Shown one piece after another: positions 19,371 to 29,200 of a stretch of DNA of 64,000 nucleotides. The DNA is from Nitrospirota bacterium (GTDB lineage Bacteria; Nitrospirota; UBA9217), in the NCBI GenBank assembly GCA_963845065.1, contig CAWJQQ010000003.1, positions 128,001 through 192,000 of the forward strand. Direction: 5' to 3'. The notes below the pieces were generated by a model that was given only the letters and a program-made list of their open reading frames with translations, did no database searches and had not been told where the DNA came from. The first letter of the stretch is position 1, and each line of letters starts with the position of its first letter. The translations under genes were made by a program, and so were the position numbers.

Positions 19371-19391
19371 ATACCGGGGGGATGAGATTTT

Positions 19392-21953
19392 ATGACCGTG
19401 ATCAGGGTACATGAGTTGGCAAAAAAAATGGGAGTCGAGAGCAAGGACCTTGTTTTGGTGCTCGAAAAGATGGGCATCAAAGGGAAAACTGCGTCCAGCG
19501 GACTCGACGACCAAGAGACGAAATCCCTGATCGAGAAACTAAAGGCCGTTCGCAAGGAAAAAGAAAAAGAGAAGACAAAAAAAGAACCCGTTGATCCGCT
19601 TCTTTCGAAGGAAGAAAGATTAAAAAAAGCAGCTGCATTGATTGGGAAATTTTCATCCACACTGGAGAAACCCGGAACTAAAGCGAAGCCCGCGCCCATT
19701 CCACCTCCTAAGCCAGAAATGCCGGCTCCGCCGCTCATTCCACCGCCAAGCCAAGCAAAACCGGCTCAACCGATTCAATCAGAAGAGTATACAGTAATAC
19801 CGCCTGCTCAGGCAGCTCCGATACAAACGCACCAGATGGAACGGACCCGTCCTACTGCACCTCCAACTCGGGTTCAGCAGCCCATGGGCAGACCGGGGGG
19901 AGGTGCCCCCCAGCGCCCTGCCACGAGGACTTTTTCAAAACCGACTTTCGGTTCGCCTGTCTTGGAGCCCTCGCAGGTTCCTCCTTCGCTAGCTCCTGCT
20001 CCAGCTAAGCCGACAAAGAAAAAATGGCAAAAGAAACAGACCGACTATGAACAGAAGAAGGAGCGGGAATTCAGGGAAAAACCATCTTTCAAGAAGCTTC
20101 CTGACCTGAAAACGCTACCTATTGGCAAAAAACCGCATAAGAAGGACGACAGACACAGTGGACCACAAACCGAAGCAGCAGAGATCACCAAGCCACGGAA
20201 AAAGGTAGTTAAAATCCAGGAAGGCTGCACTATCAAAGAATTTGCCGAGATCATGGGCCAGAAAGTTGGAGACGTCATCAAGAAGCTCATGCTCGTGGGC
20301 ATTATGGCGACTCAGAACCAGCTTATGGATATGGATGCGGCAATATTGATGGCTGAAGAATACGGCTTCAAGATAGAGATCGCGGGCATTGAGTCTGCCG
20401 AAGATGTCCTTGAGCAGGTTGCAGATGCAGCCGAGACTATGGTCGCAAGACCTCCAGTAGTCACGATCATGGGGCATGTCGACCATGGAAAGACATCCCT
20501 GCTCGATGCAATCCGGGAAACCAATGTTGTTTCGAGAGAAGCGGGTGGCATTACTCAGCATATCGGCGCCTACCAAGTCACTTTGAAAGGAAGGGATATT
20601 ACTTTTCTTGACACGCCGGGCCATGCAGCGTTCACTGCCATGCGGGCACGCGGCGCACAGGTGACGGATATTGTTATTTTAGTTGTTGCCGCGGACGATG
20701 GCGTGATGCCGCAGACGCGTGAGGCGATAAGTCACGCAAAGGCAGCGGGTGTTCCAATCATCGTGGCTATAAACAAAATTGACAAACCGGAAGCTAAGCC
20801 AGATCGGGTGAAACAGGAACTTTCGGAGTTCGAACTCATTCCGGAAGAATGGGGTGGCCAGACGATTTTCTGCGAGGTTTCGGCCAAGAAGAAGATAGGG
20901 CTCGAGCATCTACTTGAGATGATACTTATCCAGGCCGATGTACTTGAACTCAAGGCAAATCCTAACAAGATGGCACGGGGTACCATTATTGAGGCCAAAC
21001 TTGACAAGGGCAGGGGCCCGGTTGCTACAGTGTTGGTGCAATCCGGTACCTTGAAAGTCGGAGATATCTTTGTAACAGGAATGCAGTTTGGCAGGGTTCG
21101 GGCGCTTATTAACGACAAGGGCGAACGGATCGAGCAAGCAGGACCATCGGCACCGGCCGAAGTTATCGGGTTTTCTGGTGTACCTCTAGCGGGTGACCGG
21201 TTTATGGTCCTCGAAGAAGAGAGAAAAGCGCGTTTGATTGCCGAGACACGCCAGACTAAACAACGGACGGTCGAGATGGCCGGCATGAAGAAGGTTACCC
21301 TGGAAGACCTGCATACCCAGATACAGGAGGGTATGGTTAAGGAGCTCAACATCGTGATCAAAGCCGACGTGTCAGGTTCTGCTGGCGCGATTGTAGATTC
21401 GCTCGAAAAATTATCAACGGCGGCAGTGAAACTACGGGTCATACATAGCTCTGTGGGTGCCATAACCGAGACCGATGTGATGCTCGCAGCTGCATCGAAC
21501 GCTATCATTATCGGCTTTAGCGTCCGCCCGGAACCTAAAGCTACAGAACTCGCTCAGCGCGAAGGTGTGGACATCCGGCTGTATAATATTATCTATAATG
21601 CGATAGATGATATCAAAGCGGCCATGGAGGGTCTGCTCGAACCGACGTTGAAAGAGCGCGTTCTGGGCCGTGCGGAAGTCCGTCAAACCTTCCACGTTTC
21701 GAAGATCGGTACCATCGCCGGTTCTTACGTCATTGACGGTACTATGTCGAGGCAAAACGACGGCGTGCGGGTGCTCAGGGACAATGTGCTGGTCTACGAA
21801 GGGAAACTTCATTCTTTGAAGCGGTTCAAAGATGACGTTCGTGAAGTCCAAGTGGGCTATGAATGTGGCATTGGCGTCGAGAATTTTAACGACATTAAGG
21901 TGGGAGACGTTATCGAAGCGTATGTCATCGACAGGGTCGCAGCCAAATTGTAA
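19392..21953 (+). CDS. infB: Translation initiation factor IF-2
   Basis: [49 protein letters not shown]. Pro-rich linker. Confidence 0.99.
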   Translation: MTVIRVHELAKKMGVESKDLVLVLEKMGIKGKTASSGLDDQETKSLIEKLKAVRKEKEKEKTKKEPVDPLLSKEERLKKAAALIGKFSSTLEKPGTKAKPAPIPPPKPEMPAPPLIPPPSQAKPAQPIQSEEYTVIPPAQAAPIQTHQMERTRPTAPPTRVQQPMGRPGGGAPQRPATRTFSKPTFGSPVLEPSQVPPSLAPAPAKPTKKKWQKKQTDYEQKKEREFREKPSFKKLPDLKTLPIGKKPHKKDDRHSGPQTEAAEITKPRKKVVKIQEGCTIKEFAEIMGQKVGDVIKKLMLVGIMATQNQLMDMDAAILMAEEYGFKIEIAGIESAEDVLEQVADAAETMVARPPVVTIMGHVDHGKTSLLDAIRETNVVSREAGGITQHIGAYQVTLKGRDITFLDTPGHAAFTAMRARGAQVTDIVILVVAADDGVMPQTREAISHAKAAGVPIIVAINKIDKPEAKPDRVKQELSEFELIPEEWGGQTIFCEVSAKKKIGLEHLLEMILIQADVLELKANPNKMARGTIIEAKLDKGRGPVATVLVQSGTLKVGDIFVTGMQFGRVRALINDKGERIEQAGPSAPAEVIGFSGVPLAGDRFMVLEEERKARLIAETRQTKQRTVEMAGMKKVTLEDLHTQIQEGMVKELNIVIKADVSGSAGAIVDSLEKLSTAAVKLRVIHSSVGAITETDVMLAAASNAIIIGFSVRPEPKATELAQREGVDIRLYNIIYNAIDDIKAAMEGLLEPTLKERVLGRAEVRQTFHVSKIGTIAGSYVIDGTMSRQNDGVRVLRDNVLVYEGKLHSLKRFKDDVREVQVGYECGIGVENFNDIKVGDVIEAYVIDRVAAKL

Positions 21954-22055
21954 CTGTACTCATCATTTAGCTGCACTTAATGTGAGGTACAGGGATTGCG
22001 TTTGTAGCATTGAATGCATATGCAGTCTTTGTGTAATCTATGGTAAATATGAGTT

Positions 22056-22337
22056 ATGTTCATCGGGGTTTGTACGATAGTATTACATGTTCCTGAAAGC
22101 GGTTCGCTCAAAACCAAGAGACATTCGATTCGCAGCCTAAAGGATCGGATTCGGAATAAGTTTAATGTATCCGTGGCTGAAATTGATGATAATGATCTCT
22201 GGCAAAAAGCGTCCCTGGCAGTAGCTGCTGTTAGTAACGACAAAGCCCACCTTAACCAGACACTGGATCATGTATTGAACATGGTTCGTGGTGTCCCGGA
22301 AATAGATCTTCTGGATTTTTATATCGAGATAATGTAA
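22056..22337 (+). CDS. DUF503 (YlxP) family protein
   Basis: SLKTKR..IRSLKDRIRNKFNVSVAEIDDNDLWQ; located between infB and rbfA. Confidence 0.92.
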   Translation: MFIGVCTIVLHVPESGSLKTKRHSIRSLKDRIRNKFNVSVAEIDDNDLWQKASLAVAAVSNDKAHLNQTLDHVLNMVRGVPEIDLLDFYIEIM

Positions 22338-22340
22338 AGG

Positions 22341-22423
22341 CAGATGACAGGTCAGATGACAGAGAACAGGTCGAAGCGATGCAAAAAAGTCTGCTCTCCG
22401 ATAGTCGGCCTTCGATTGTCTGA
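22341..22423. repeat. Short direct repeat with loosely complementary downstream arm
   Basis: CAGATGACAG at 22341-22350 and 22353-22362, then AGAACAG; downstream TCTGCTCTC...TGTCTGA. Confidence 0.45.
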
Positions 22424-22431
22424 TATTCATC

Positions 22432-22806
22432 ATGTCTAAACCGACATTTAAACGTTCAGAACGTGTTAGCGATCAGATTAAGCATGAGATAGCGGATATT
22501 CTGATGCGCAAGATCAAAGATCCACGCATCGGCTTCGTCACCGTCATCGATGTTGAAATTGCAGATGATCTCAAGAACGCAAAAGTATTTATCAGCGTGT
22601 ATGGCGGGGATAAACAGGAATCGCTCAAAGGGCTTAAGAGCGCCACACCGTTCATTAGATCAGAACTCGGCAGGCGCTTGCGTATGAAGTTTATCCCGGA
22701 ACTTCTCTTCAGATATGACAGCACCATTGAACGAGGTGCGCATATCATGGAACTGCTACGAAGCATTGAGGAAGGGAAAGAAAAAAAGGATCCGTCAAAT
22801 GAGTGA
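22432..22806 (+). CDS. rbfA: Ribosome-binding factor A
   Basis: RSERVSDQIK, KDPRIGFVTV, DLKNAKVF, PELLFRYD. Confidence 0.97.
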   Translation: MSKPTFKRSERVSDQIKHEIADILMRKIKDPRIGFVTVIDVEIADDLKNAKVFISVYGGDKQESLKGLKSATPFIRSELGRRLRMKFIPELLFRYDSTIERGAHIMELLRSIEEGKEKKDPSNE

Positions 22807-23800
22807 TCCTATTCGTATAGCAGAAACAATAAGAGGATGCAGCAGGATTCTTATTTCCGCACATAAAAGCCCGGATGGTGACACCCTCGGGTCACAGTTG
22901 GCACTATTGCTCGCACTGGGGAAAATGCACAAAACCGTGACTGCGCACAATCTCGACCCAGTACCTGAGATTTATCAATTTCTGCCACATGCCGACAGGA
23001 TCAAAACGGGCTTGCCCGTGCAGGGCCGCTATGATGCCTATATTGTCATTGATGCGGACCCGCCCCGCACCGGTCTTTTTGATAAGCAGTATCCAGCTGA
23101 TATCTTGATCAATATTGATCATCATATCACAAACTCTCGTGAATGGCCCTTGACGTGGCTCGATCCCGACGCGTCAGCATGCGGGGAGATGATCTATAAA
23201 CTCATTCAAGTGCTCGGTGTACCCATCGATCGCGATATCGCGCTCTGTCTTTATACCGCTATTTTTACCGACACAGGGTCATTCCGGTATTCCAATACAA
23301 CACCCGAGAGCATGAAAATAGCCGCTGAAATGCTTGAGGCTGGGGCAGACCCCTGGATCGTCACGGAAAATGTTTACGAATCCTTTGCTTATAGGAGGTT
23401 AAAGCTTCTGGGGGCGGTTCTTGCAGGTATGGAACGGAGCGGTGACGGCATGATAGCTTGGGTAGTGGTTAGCGATGAACTGTATCATCAGACTGGAACC
23501 ACGGCGGAGGACACTGATAGTTTTATCAATTTTGTCCGCTCCGTCAAGGGTATAGAAGTTGCGGTTCTTTTTCGGCAGACGGGAGAATCTCAGTACAAAC
23601 TGAGCTTGCGTTCCAAAGGGCGTATTGACCTTTCCGGTCTAGCTCAATCATTTGGTGGTGGAGGGCACAAGAATGCCGCTGGAGGCGTAATGAACGGCAC
23701 ACTTGAAGAAGTAAAAAGGACAGTCTTAAACAGCTTATCATTAGCCATTAGGGCTCAACTCATCGAAAAAGGGGTTAATCTCGATGGACGGCGTTGTTAA
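22799..23800 (+). CDS. nrnA: DHH/DHHA1 phosphoesterase (NrnA-like oligoribonuclease/pAp phosphatase)
   Basis: HKSPDGDTLGS, NIDHH, TDTGSFRY, SLRSK, GGGGHKNAAG. Confidence 0.9.
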   Translation: MSDPIRIAETIRGCSRILISAHKSPDGDTLGSQLALLLALGKMHKTVTAHNLDPVPEIYQFLPHADRIKTGLPVQGRYDAYIVIDADPPRTGLFDKQYPADILINIDHHITNSREWPLTWLDPDASACGEMIYKLIQVLGVPIDRDIALCLYTAIFTDTGSFRYSNTTPESMKIAAEMLEAGADPWIVTENVYESFAYRRLKLLGAVLAGMERSGDGMIAWVVVSDELYHQTGTTAEDTDSFINFVRSVKGIEVAVLFRQTGESQYKLSLRSKGRIDLSGLAQSFGGGGHKNAAGGVMNGTLEEVKRTVLNSLSLAIRAQLIEKGVNLDGRRC

Positions 23801-24665
23801 TATCCATAAACCGCAAGGAATGACATCGCACGATGTGGTGCAAAAAGTCCGCTCGATCCTCAAGGAAAAAAGGATCGGCCATACGGGAACGCTTGACCCG
23901 CTTGCAACTGGTGTGCTTGTTCTTTGTGTAGGGAAAGCTACAAGGATAGCCCAGTATCTCGTAACTGGAGAAAAAGAATACCAAGCAGTAATGCGTCTCG
24001 GCATAAAAACTGATACACTAGATGCCGAAGGGCGCGTTTTGAAAACGCAGTCCTATGCTCCTCCATCAAGAGAAACAATTCTCGAAGCTCTCAAAAGGTT
24101 TACTGGCGCAATCATGCAGCAGCCCCCTGCTTACTCGGCGGTGAAGGTAGCGGGAGTGCCGTCCTATAAACTTGCCAGAGAAGGAAAGGCGGAACCACTA
24201 AAACCCCGGCAGGTTAAGATATACCAGATTGTGTTGACGGCGTACGATAATCCATACGTGAGTTTCACTGTAAGATGCTCAAAGGGTGTGTACATACGAA
24301 CGCTGTGCGCGGATATCGGGGAAATGCTTGGCATGGGTTCGCACCTTACAGGACTTGTGAGAACTCGTTCCGGTCGGTTCATCATTGAACACTCTGTTAC
24401 ACTAGAAAAGCTTGCGGAAATGGCGGTTGCGTCTCTTACAGAACAGGCTCTTATTTCGACCAATGAAGCGCTTGCTGAATTTCCTATGGTTCTAATCAGC
24501 GAGACAGAATCAGCCAGGATAATGCACGGAAACCAAGTCCCCTGTCCTGGTTATCTTGCAAATAACGCGAGCGATCTCGTCAGAATTCAAGATTGTGGCG
24601 GTAGGCTGCTAGCACTTGCGCGGGTCGCTGCAGGGGTGTTAAGACCGGAGCTTGTTTTTTCTTAA
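23784..24665 (+). CDS. truB: tRNA pseudouridine(55) synthase
   Basis: KPQGMTSHDVV, GHTGTLDPLATGVL, PPAYSAVK, CSKGVYIRTL. Confidence 0.98.
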   Translation: MDGVVNIHKPQGMTSHDVVQKVRSILKEKRIGHTGTLDPLATGVLVLCVGKATRIAQYLVTGEKEYQAVMRLGIKTDTLDAEGRVLKTQSYAPPSRETILEALKRFTGAIMQQPPAYSAVKVAGVPSYKLAREGKAEPLKPRQVKIYQIVLTAYDNPYVSFTVRCSKGVYIRTLCADIGEMLGMGSHLTGLVRTRSGRFIIEHSVTLEKLAEMAVASLTEQALISTNEALAEFPMVLISETESARIMHGNQVPCPGYLANNASDLVRIQDCGGRLLALARVAAGVLRPELVFS

Positions 24666-25069
24666 GGCAGTGAATGCTCCCGCACCAAATATTGGCTGGG
24701 TCTCCAAAAAGGTGGTTCCCTTATTAGGGGATAGCCGACCGTTTGGAAAATGCAGTGTCACTTAAGAGAGGTTCCTTTCACAAACTTGGCAGTGATTAGC
24801 ATGTTGAATGGTTGCAAGATACCATCTTGGCACCCATGCAAAATCACAGATCAGATTAGTCATATCGCGCTATGGGAATCAGTTTTACAACACCACCTAA
24901 TATCTGGTGTCAACTCCATACTGATTGTCAAAGAACTAATTTCTTTTTTAGCAAATTGCTACTGGTTGTCAAGTGTTCAGTTGCCCTAGATAACAAAAGC
25001 ACCAATTTATCGATGACCAATACGTAGTTTGGCGGGAGTCTTCTTGACCATGCAAGATAAATAAATAGC

Positions 25070-25098
25070 TTTACAACATGCTGTAAATATGATATTTT
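25070..25098 (+). promoter_or_regulatory. Candidate promoter of rpsO-pnp
   Basis: TTTACA(25070-25075)-17 bp-TATTTT(25093-25098) with extended -10 TG. Confidence 0.45.
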
Positions 25099-25138
25099 AT
25101 CTCGCTTTAGACACATCTTAAGAAAGGAGGGTGCGGTT

Positions 25139-25402
25139 ATGGATAAAGAACAGAAAACCAGCGTGATCAGTACCTATCGCAGGCACGCAACGGACACGGG
25201 TTCTCCAGAAGTACAGATAGCGCTTTTAAGCGGGCGCATCAGTCACCTGACGGAACACTTGCAGGCACACAAACATGACCACCATTCACGGAGAGGTCTC
25301 CTTAAAATGGTAGGCCAGCGGCGTCGCCATCTGGACTATTTGAAGAAAAACGATCTAGACCGTTACCGTCAGGTCATAGACCAGCTCGGTATACGCAAAT
25401 AA
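25139..25402 (+). CDS. rpsO: 30S ribosomal protein S15
   Basis: [30 protein letters not shown]. Confidence 0.99.
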   Translation: MDKEQKTSVISTYRRHATDTGSPEVQIALLSGRISHLTEHLQAHKHDHHSRRGLLKMVGQRRRHLDYLKKNDLDRYRQVIDQLGIRK

Positions 25403-25433
25403 TATTACACTATCAATAGAAAAGTGAGGTTTC

Positions 25434-27527
25434 ATGGTAACAACTGTAGAGACAGAAATAGGTGGCAAGCGATTTATTCTGGAAACGGGATTAATGGCCA
25501 AACAGGCAGGTGGTGCTGTTGTAGCTAAGTTTGGTGATACCGTTGTCCTTTCAACAGCCGTTGCATCGAAGGTTGAACGGGAGAATGTTGATTTTCTCCC
25601 GTTGACCGTGGACTATCAGGAAAAAGCTTATGCTGCCGGAAGGATTCCGGGCGGTTTTTTTAAGCGTGAAGGACGGCAGACGGAAAAGGAAATCCTAACT
25701 TCAAGGTTGATAGATCGGCCGATCAGACCTTTGTTTCCTGATGGCTATTACTATGATACGCAGATAATCGCGTCAGTGCTTTCGATCGGTGATGAAAGCT
25801 CCATGGATCTGATGGGGATGATTGCATCATCTGCAGCGATTGCCATATCAGATATCCCGTTTAACGGGCCTATCGGGGCAGTACGGATCGGTTTTGTAGA
25901 TGACAAATTTATCATCAATCCCGGGCAGAAGGAGCTTGAGACGACACGTCTTAACCTCGTTGTTGCGGGAACAGCTGATGCCATCATGATGGTGGAAGGC
26001 GGGGCTGCAGAGCTGACTGAGAACCAGATGCTTGAAGCGCTTGAAACCGCTCACCGCGAGATCAAGAAGCTTGTTAGCCTCCAGAACGAGTTGGTTTCCA
26101 AGATTGGTAAGCCGAAAAGGGTCGTTAAGACGGTTGAGATTGATAAAGTCCTTGCACAGAAAGTGGCTGAAATGGCAATGGACCGCTTGCAGGTCGCCAT
26201 AGTCATTCCGAACAAGATGGAAAGGCAGAAGACCCTCGATGTTCTGCTCGACGATATTAAGCAAAAACTCAAAAAAGAAGACGATCCCACGTGGAACCGT
26301 CAGATTTCGACAATCTTTCTTAATATCGAGAAAGATGAAGTGCGCAAAATCATTCTTGAAAAAAATGTGCGCGCTGATGGCAGAAAACCTGAGGAGATAA
26401 GACCAATCAGCTCTACGGTGGGACTCCTGCCGCGCACGCACGGCTCAGCGCTCTTTACCCGTGGCGAAACCCAGGCTCTGGTCGTTGCCACCCTCGGCAC
26501 TTCCGAGGATGAACAGCGGATTGATTCGCTCGAAGGTGAATATTTCAAGACATTTATGTTGCACTATAATTTTCCACCCTTTAGCGTAGGTGAGACAAAA
26601 CCATTGCGGGGACCAGGCAGACGGGAAGTTGGGCACGGGGCACTTGCAGAGCGGGCTCTTAAAGCAATGGTTCCCTCTAAGCTAGAATTCCCCTATACTA
26701 TACGGCTTGTATCAGATATTCTCGAATCCAATGGTTCTTCGTCGATGGCCACGGTCTGTGGAGGGACACTTGCTCTAATGGATGCTGGCGTTCCAATCAA
26801 AGCGCCCGTCGCTGGAATTGCCATGGGGCTTATCAAGGAAGGGGACAAGGTGATAGTACTTTCTGACATCCTCGGTCTTGAAGACCACCTCGGCGATATG
26901 GACTTTAAGGTTACTGGTACGAGTAAGGGTATAACCGCTCTTCAAATGGACATGAAAATCGAAGGTATCACGATCGAGGTCATGCGCCGCGCTCTTCAGC
27001 AGGCAAAGGACGGGCGTATGCATATCCTGGGAAAGATGCTTGAGACGCTTTCCTCGCCGCGGACGAACCTCAATCCTTTTGCACCTCGCATCATCACCAT
27101 GCAGATTAACCCTGACAAAATCAAGGATGTGATTGGCAGTGGCGGTAAGGTAATTAGAAGTATTGTAGAGCAAACGGGAGCCAAGATTGATATCGAAGAC
27201 AGTGGCGTGATTAACATCGCTTCAGCAGACGAAGCTGCAGCGAACAAGGCCAAGGAAATCATCCGGGGCATTATCCAGGAAGCCGAAGTTGGAAAGCTCT
27301 ATATGGGCAAGGTGCGGAAGATCATGGACTTTGGTGCGTTTGTGGAAATATTCCCTGGTACCGATGGGCTACTCCACATCTCGCAGATCTCCGATAGGAG
27401 GCTTGAAAAAGTAACTGACGAGCTGAAAGAAGGAGACGAGGTCCTCGTGAAAGTGCTAGAAATAGACCGGCAGGGCAAGATTCGTCTTTCCCGGAAAGAA
27501 GCAATGCGTGAAAAAGGAAAGACGTAA
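25434..27527 (+). CDS. pnp: Polyribonucleotide nucleotidyltransferase
   Basis: SRLIDRPIRPLF, FTRGETQ, RREVGHG, LESNGSSSMA, DHLGDMDFKV, KH and S1 domains. Confidence 0.99.
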   Translation: MVTTVETEIGGKRFILETGLMAKQAGGAVVAKFGDTVVLSTAVASKVERENVDFLPLTVDYQEKAYAAGRIPGGFFKREGRQTEKEILTSRLIDRPIRPLFPDGYYYDTQIIASVLSIGDESSMDLMGMIASSAAIAISDIPFNGPIGAVRIGFVDDKFIINPGQKELETTRLNLVVAGTADAIMMVEGGAAELTENQMLEALETAHREIKKLVSLQNELVSKIGKPKRVVKTVEIDKVLAQKVAEMAMDRLQVAIVIPNKMERQKTLDVLLDDIKQKLKKEDDPTWNRQISTIFLNIEKDEVRKIILEKNVRADGRKPEEIRPISSTVGLLPRTHGSALFTRGETQALVVATLGTSEDEQRIDSLEGEYFKTFMLHYNFPPFSVGETKPLRGPGRREVGHGALAERALKAMVPSKLEFPYTIRLVSDILESNGSSSMATVCGGTLALMDAGVPIKAPVAGIAMGLIKEGDKVIVLSDILGLEDHLGDMDFKVTGTSKGITALQMDMKIEGITIEVMRRALQQAKDGRMHILGKMLETLSSPRTNLNPFAPRIITMQINPDKIKDVIGSGGKVIRSIVEQTGAKIDIEDSGVINIASADEAAANKAKEIIRGIIQEAEVGKLYMGKVRKIMDFGAFVEIFPGTDGLLHISQISDRRLEKVTDELKEGDEVLVKVLEIDRQGKIRLSRKEAMREKGKT

Positions 27528-27566
27528 TAGAATCAACTGTTGATGTGATCATGCCTGTGACGAAGA

Positions 27567-27606
27567 GGAAGTAGGACGGTAAATTATTAACCCTATTTCC
27601 TTTTTT
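27567..27606 (+). terminator. Probable intrinsic terminator after pnp
   Basis: GGAAGTAGG(27567-27575)/CCTATTTCC(27592-27600) followed by T6. Confidence 0.6.
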
Positions 27607-27633
27607 GTTTTTAACGGATGGGAGGAAACAAGA

Positions 27634-28866
27634 TTGCCCAAATATGATTTAACTGTTGCGGGAGCGGGACTCGGTGGACTTACTATTGCGGCGTTGATGA
27701 GCAGAAGCGGGAAAAAAGTCATCGTGCTTGAGTCAAGCGCCTCTCTCGATGCAGCGCTGGGGGTACGAGAATTCGATGGATTCCATTTTTTTCAGGGCCC
27801 CACACTTTCTTACGGATTTGAGCAAGGGGGAGTTTTCTTTGAGATTTTTGCGGAACTTGGCAACGCACCCGAGGTTCTGAAACATGTCAACCGTTTTCAA
27901 ATAGCGCTCCCCGACAGGAGGATAACCGTTTCCGCGGATAAAGAGGAGACTCATGGCGAGCTGAAGAGAGAATTCCCTAGGGAAATACAAGCGATTGAGA
28001 AATTTTACAATGACATAAATATTGAATCGGCACGTATTATGAAAAGCAAGATTGCCACATACTTCGCAAAACGCAAATCAGTAGCCGGTTTTATCGGCAA
28101 GTATCATTTCAGTAGGGAATTCACCATTTTTCTTGACATGCAGTCACGTTTTTTCTTTCGCAAACCGCTATCACAATTATCACTTACAAAACTCATAACC
28201 CTGTGCGAAACTATGCCAACCAGGTTTCACGGTGGGACTAGAGCGCTTGCTGATCGTGTGCTGGCTGAGCTCCGGAAAAGCGGAGGAGACATAGCGTTCG
28301 GCGAGGGAACCGCTGAGCTAGCGTTCAATAACAGTCGACCTGTTGGTGTAAAAACAGATCAGCGTATGATCGAAGCAAACTCTATTCTGTTTGATGCTCC
28401 ACATCAGCCGCCGACATATTTTCTCGGAATTCTTGATGATGTCGTTCCCGTGGGTATGGAACAGGATGTTTTATATCTGCCTGATTACACCAGATCGGAT
28501 GAATTTCTTTTCATTTCAACCAGCGCTGATAATGATATATCATCAGCGCCGATGAGCGCACGGGCGCTTACGGTTTCGTTGCGATCTTCAATTAACAGGC
28601 AACGCGATCAAGATGATCTCATCGGTCCGCTTGCAGAAATCATCCCTTTTTTGGATGAGAATGTCTTTTTTATTGAACCGTCGCCGGTTATTACTACGTC
28701 TTTTAAACTGTCCGAAGATGTTACTTTCAAACCAATTTGGTCTTCAGACGTGCCGCCTCTTTTATTTAAAACATCAAAACGTCACATCTTTATGCTTCAT
28801 GATTCACTGTACATGCCGTTGGAACTCATGACGGCGGTGCGTAAATTCGTAGCAACTATATTGTGA
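27634..28866 (+). CDS. FAD-dependent oxidoreductase, phytoene-desaturase-like, divergent
   Basis: N-terminal Rossmann motif YDLTVAGAGLGGL...GKKVIVLE, then DGFHF..GP and GGTRALAD. GGGAGG RBS before TTG. Confidence 0.7.
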   Translation: MPKYDLTVAGAGLGGLTIAALMSRSGKKVIVLESSASLDAALGVREFDGFHFFQGPTLSYGFEQGGVFFEIFAELGNAPEVLKHVNRFQIALPDRRITVSADKEETHGELKREFPREIQAIEKFYNDINIESARIMKSKIATYFAKRKSVAGFIGKYHFSREFTIFLDMQSRFFFRKPLSQLSLTKLITLCETMPTRFHGGTRALADRVLAELRKSGGDIAFGEGTAELAFNNSRPVGVKTDQRMIEANSILFDAPHQPPTYFLGILDDVVPVGMEQDVLYLPDYTRSDEFLFISTSADNDISSAPMSARALTVSLRSSINRQRDQDDLIGPLAEIIPFLDENVFFIEPSPVITTSFKLSEDVTFKPIWSSDVPPLLFKTSKRHIFMLHDSLYMPLELMTAVRKFVATIL

Positions 28867-29200
28867 TGTCGAAGTTTTCGTCAACGGTCTCGATTTAATT
28901 ATACCTAGTCACCAAGACAAGGCGTGTATAAAAAATAAATATAAATGTGTCGCCATATAATTATCAAATCAATGTGGATCTTCCAAAAAGACAGAGTTAA
29001 ACAAATTGAAATTCATTTGAGCATTGATCATGCAACATTATTGCATAGTCACAATTTAGCGGCTAGCAATGTCCGTAGGCGTTGGGGCACCGAGTTGAAT
29101 AACATTATTAGGCAGTGGATTTTCAAATAAGTACAAGTTGGTGGGTAGGTGAAATTACCGGGGCACTGGTTCTATTCCATGAAAAGAAGAGTAACACGTA

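Noticed and set aside
24750..24989. 79-aa ORF between truB and rpsO
   Set aside because: No RBS and no recognisable motif, with non-coding-like composition.
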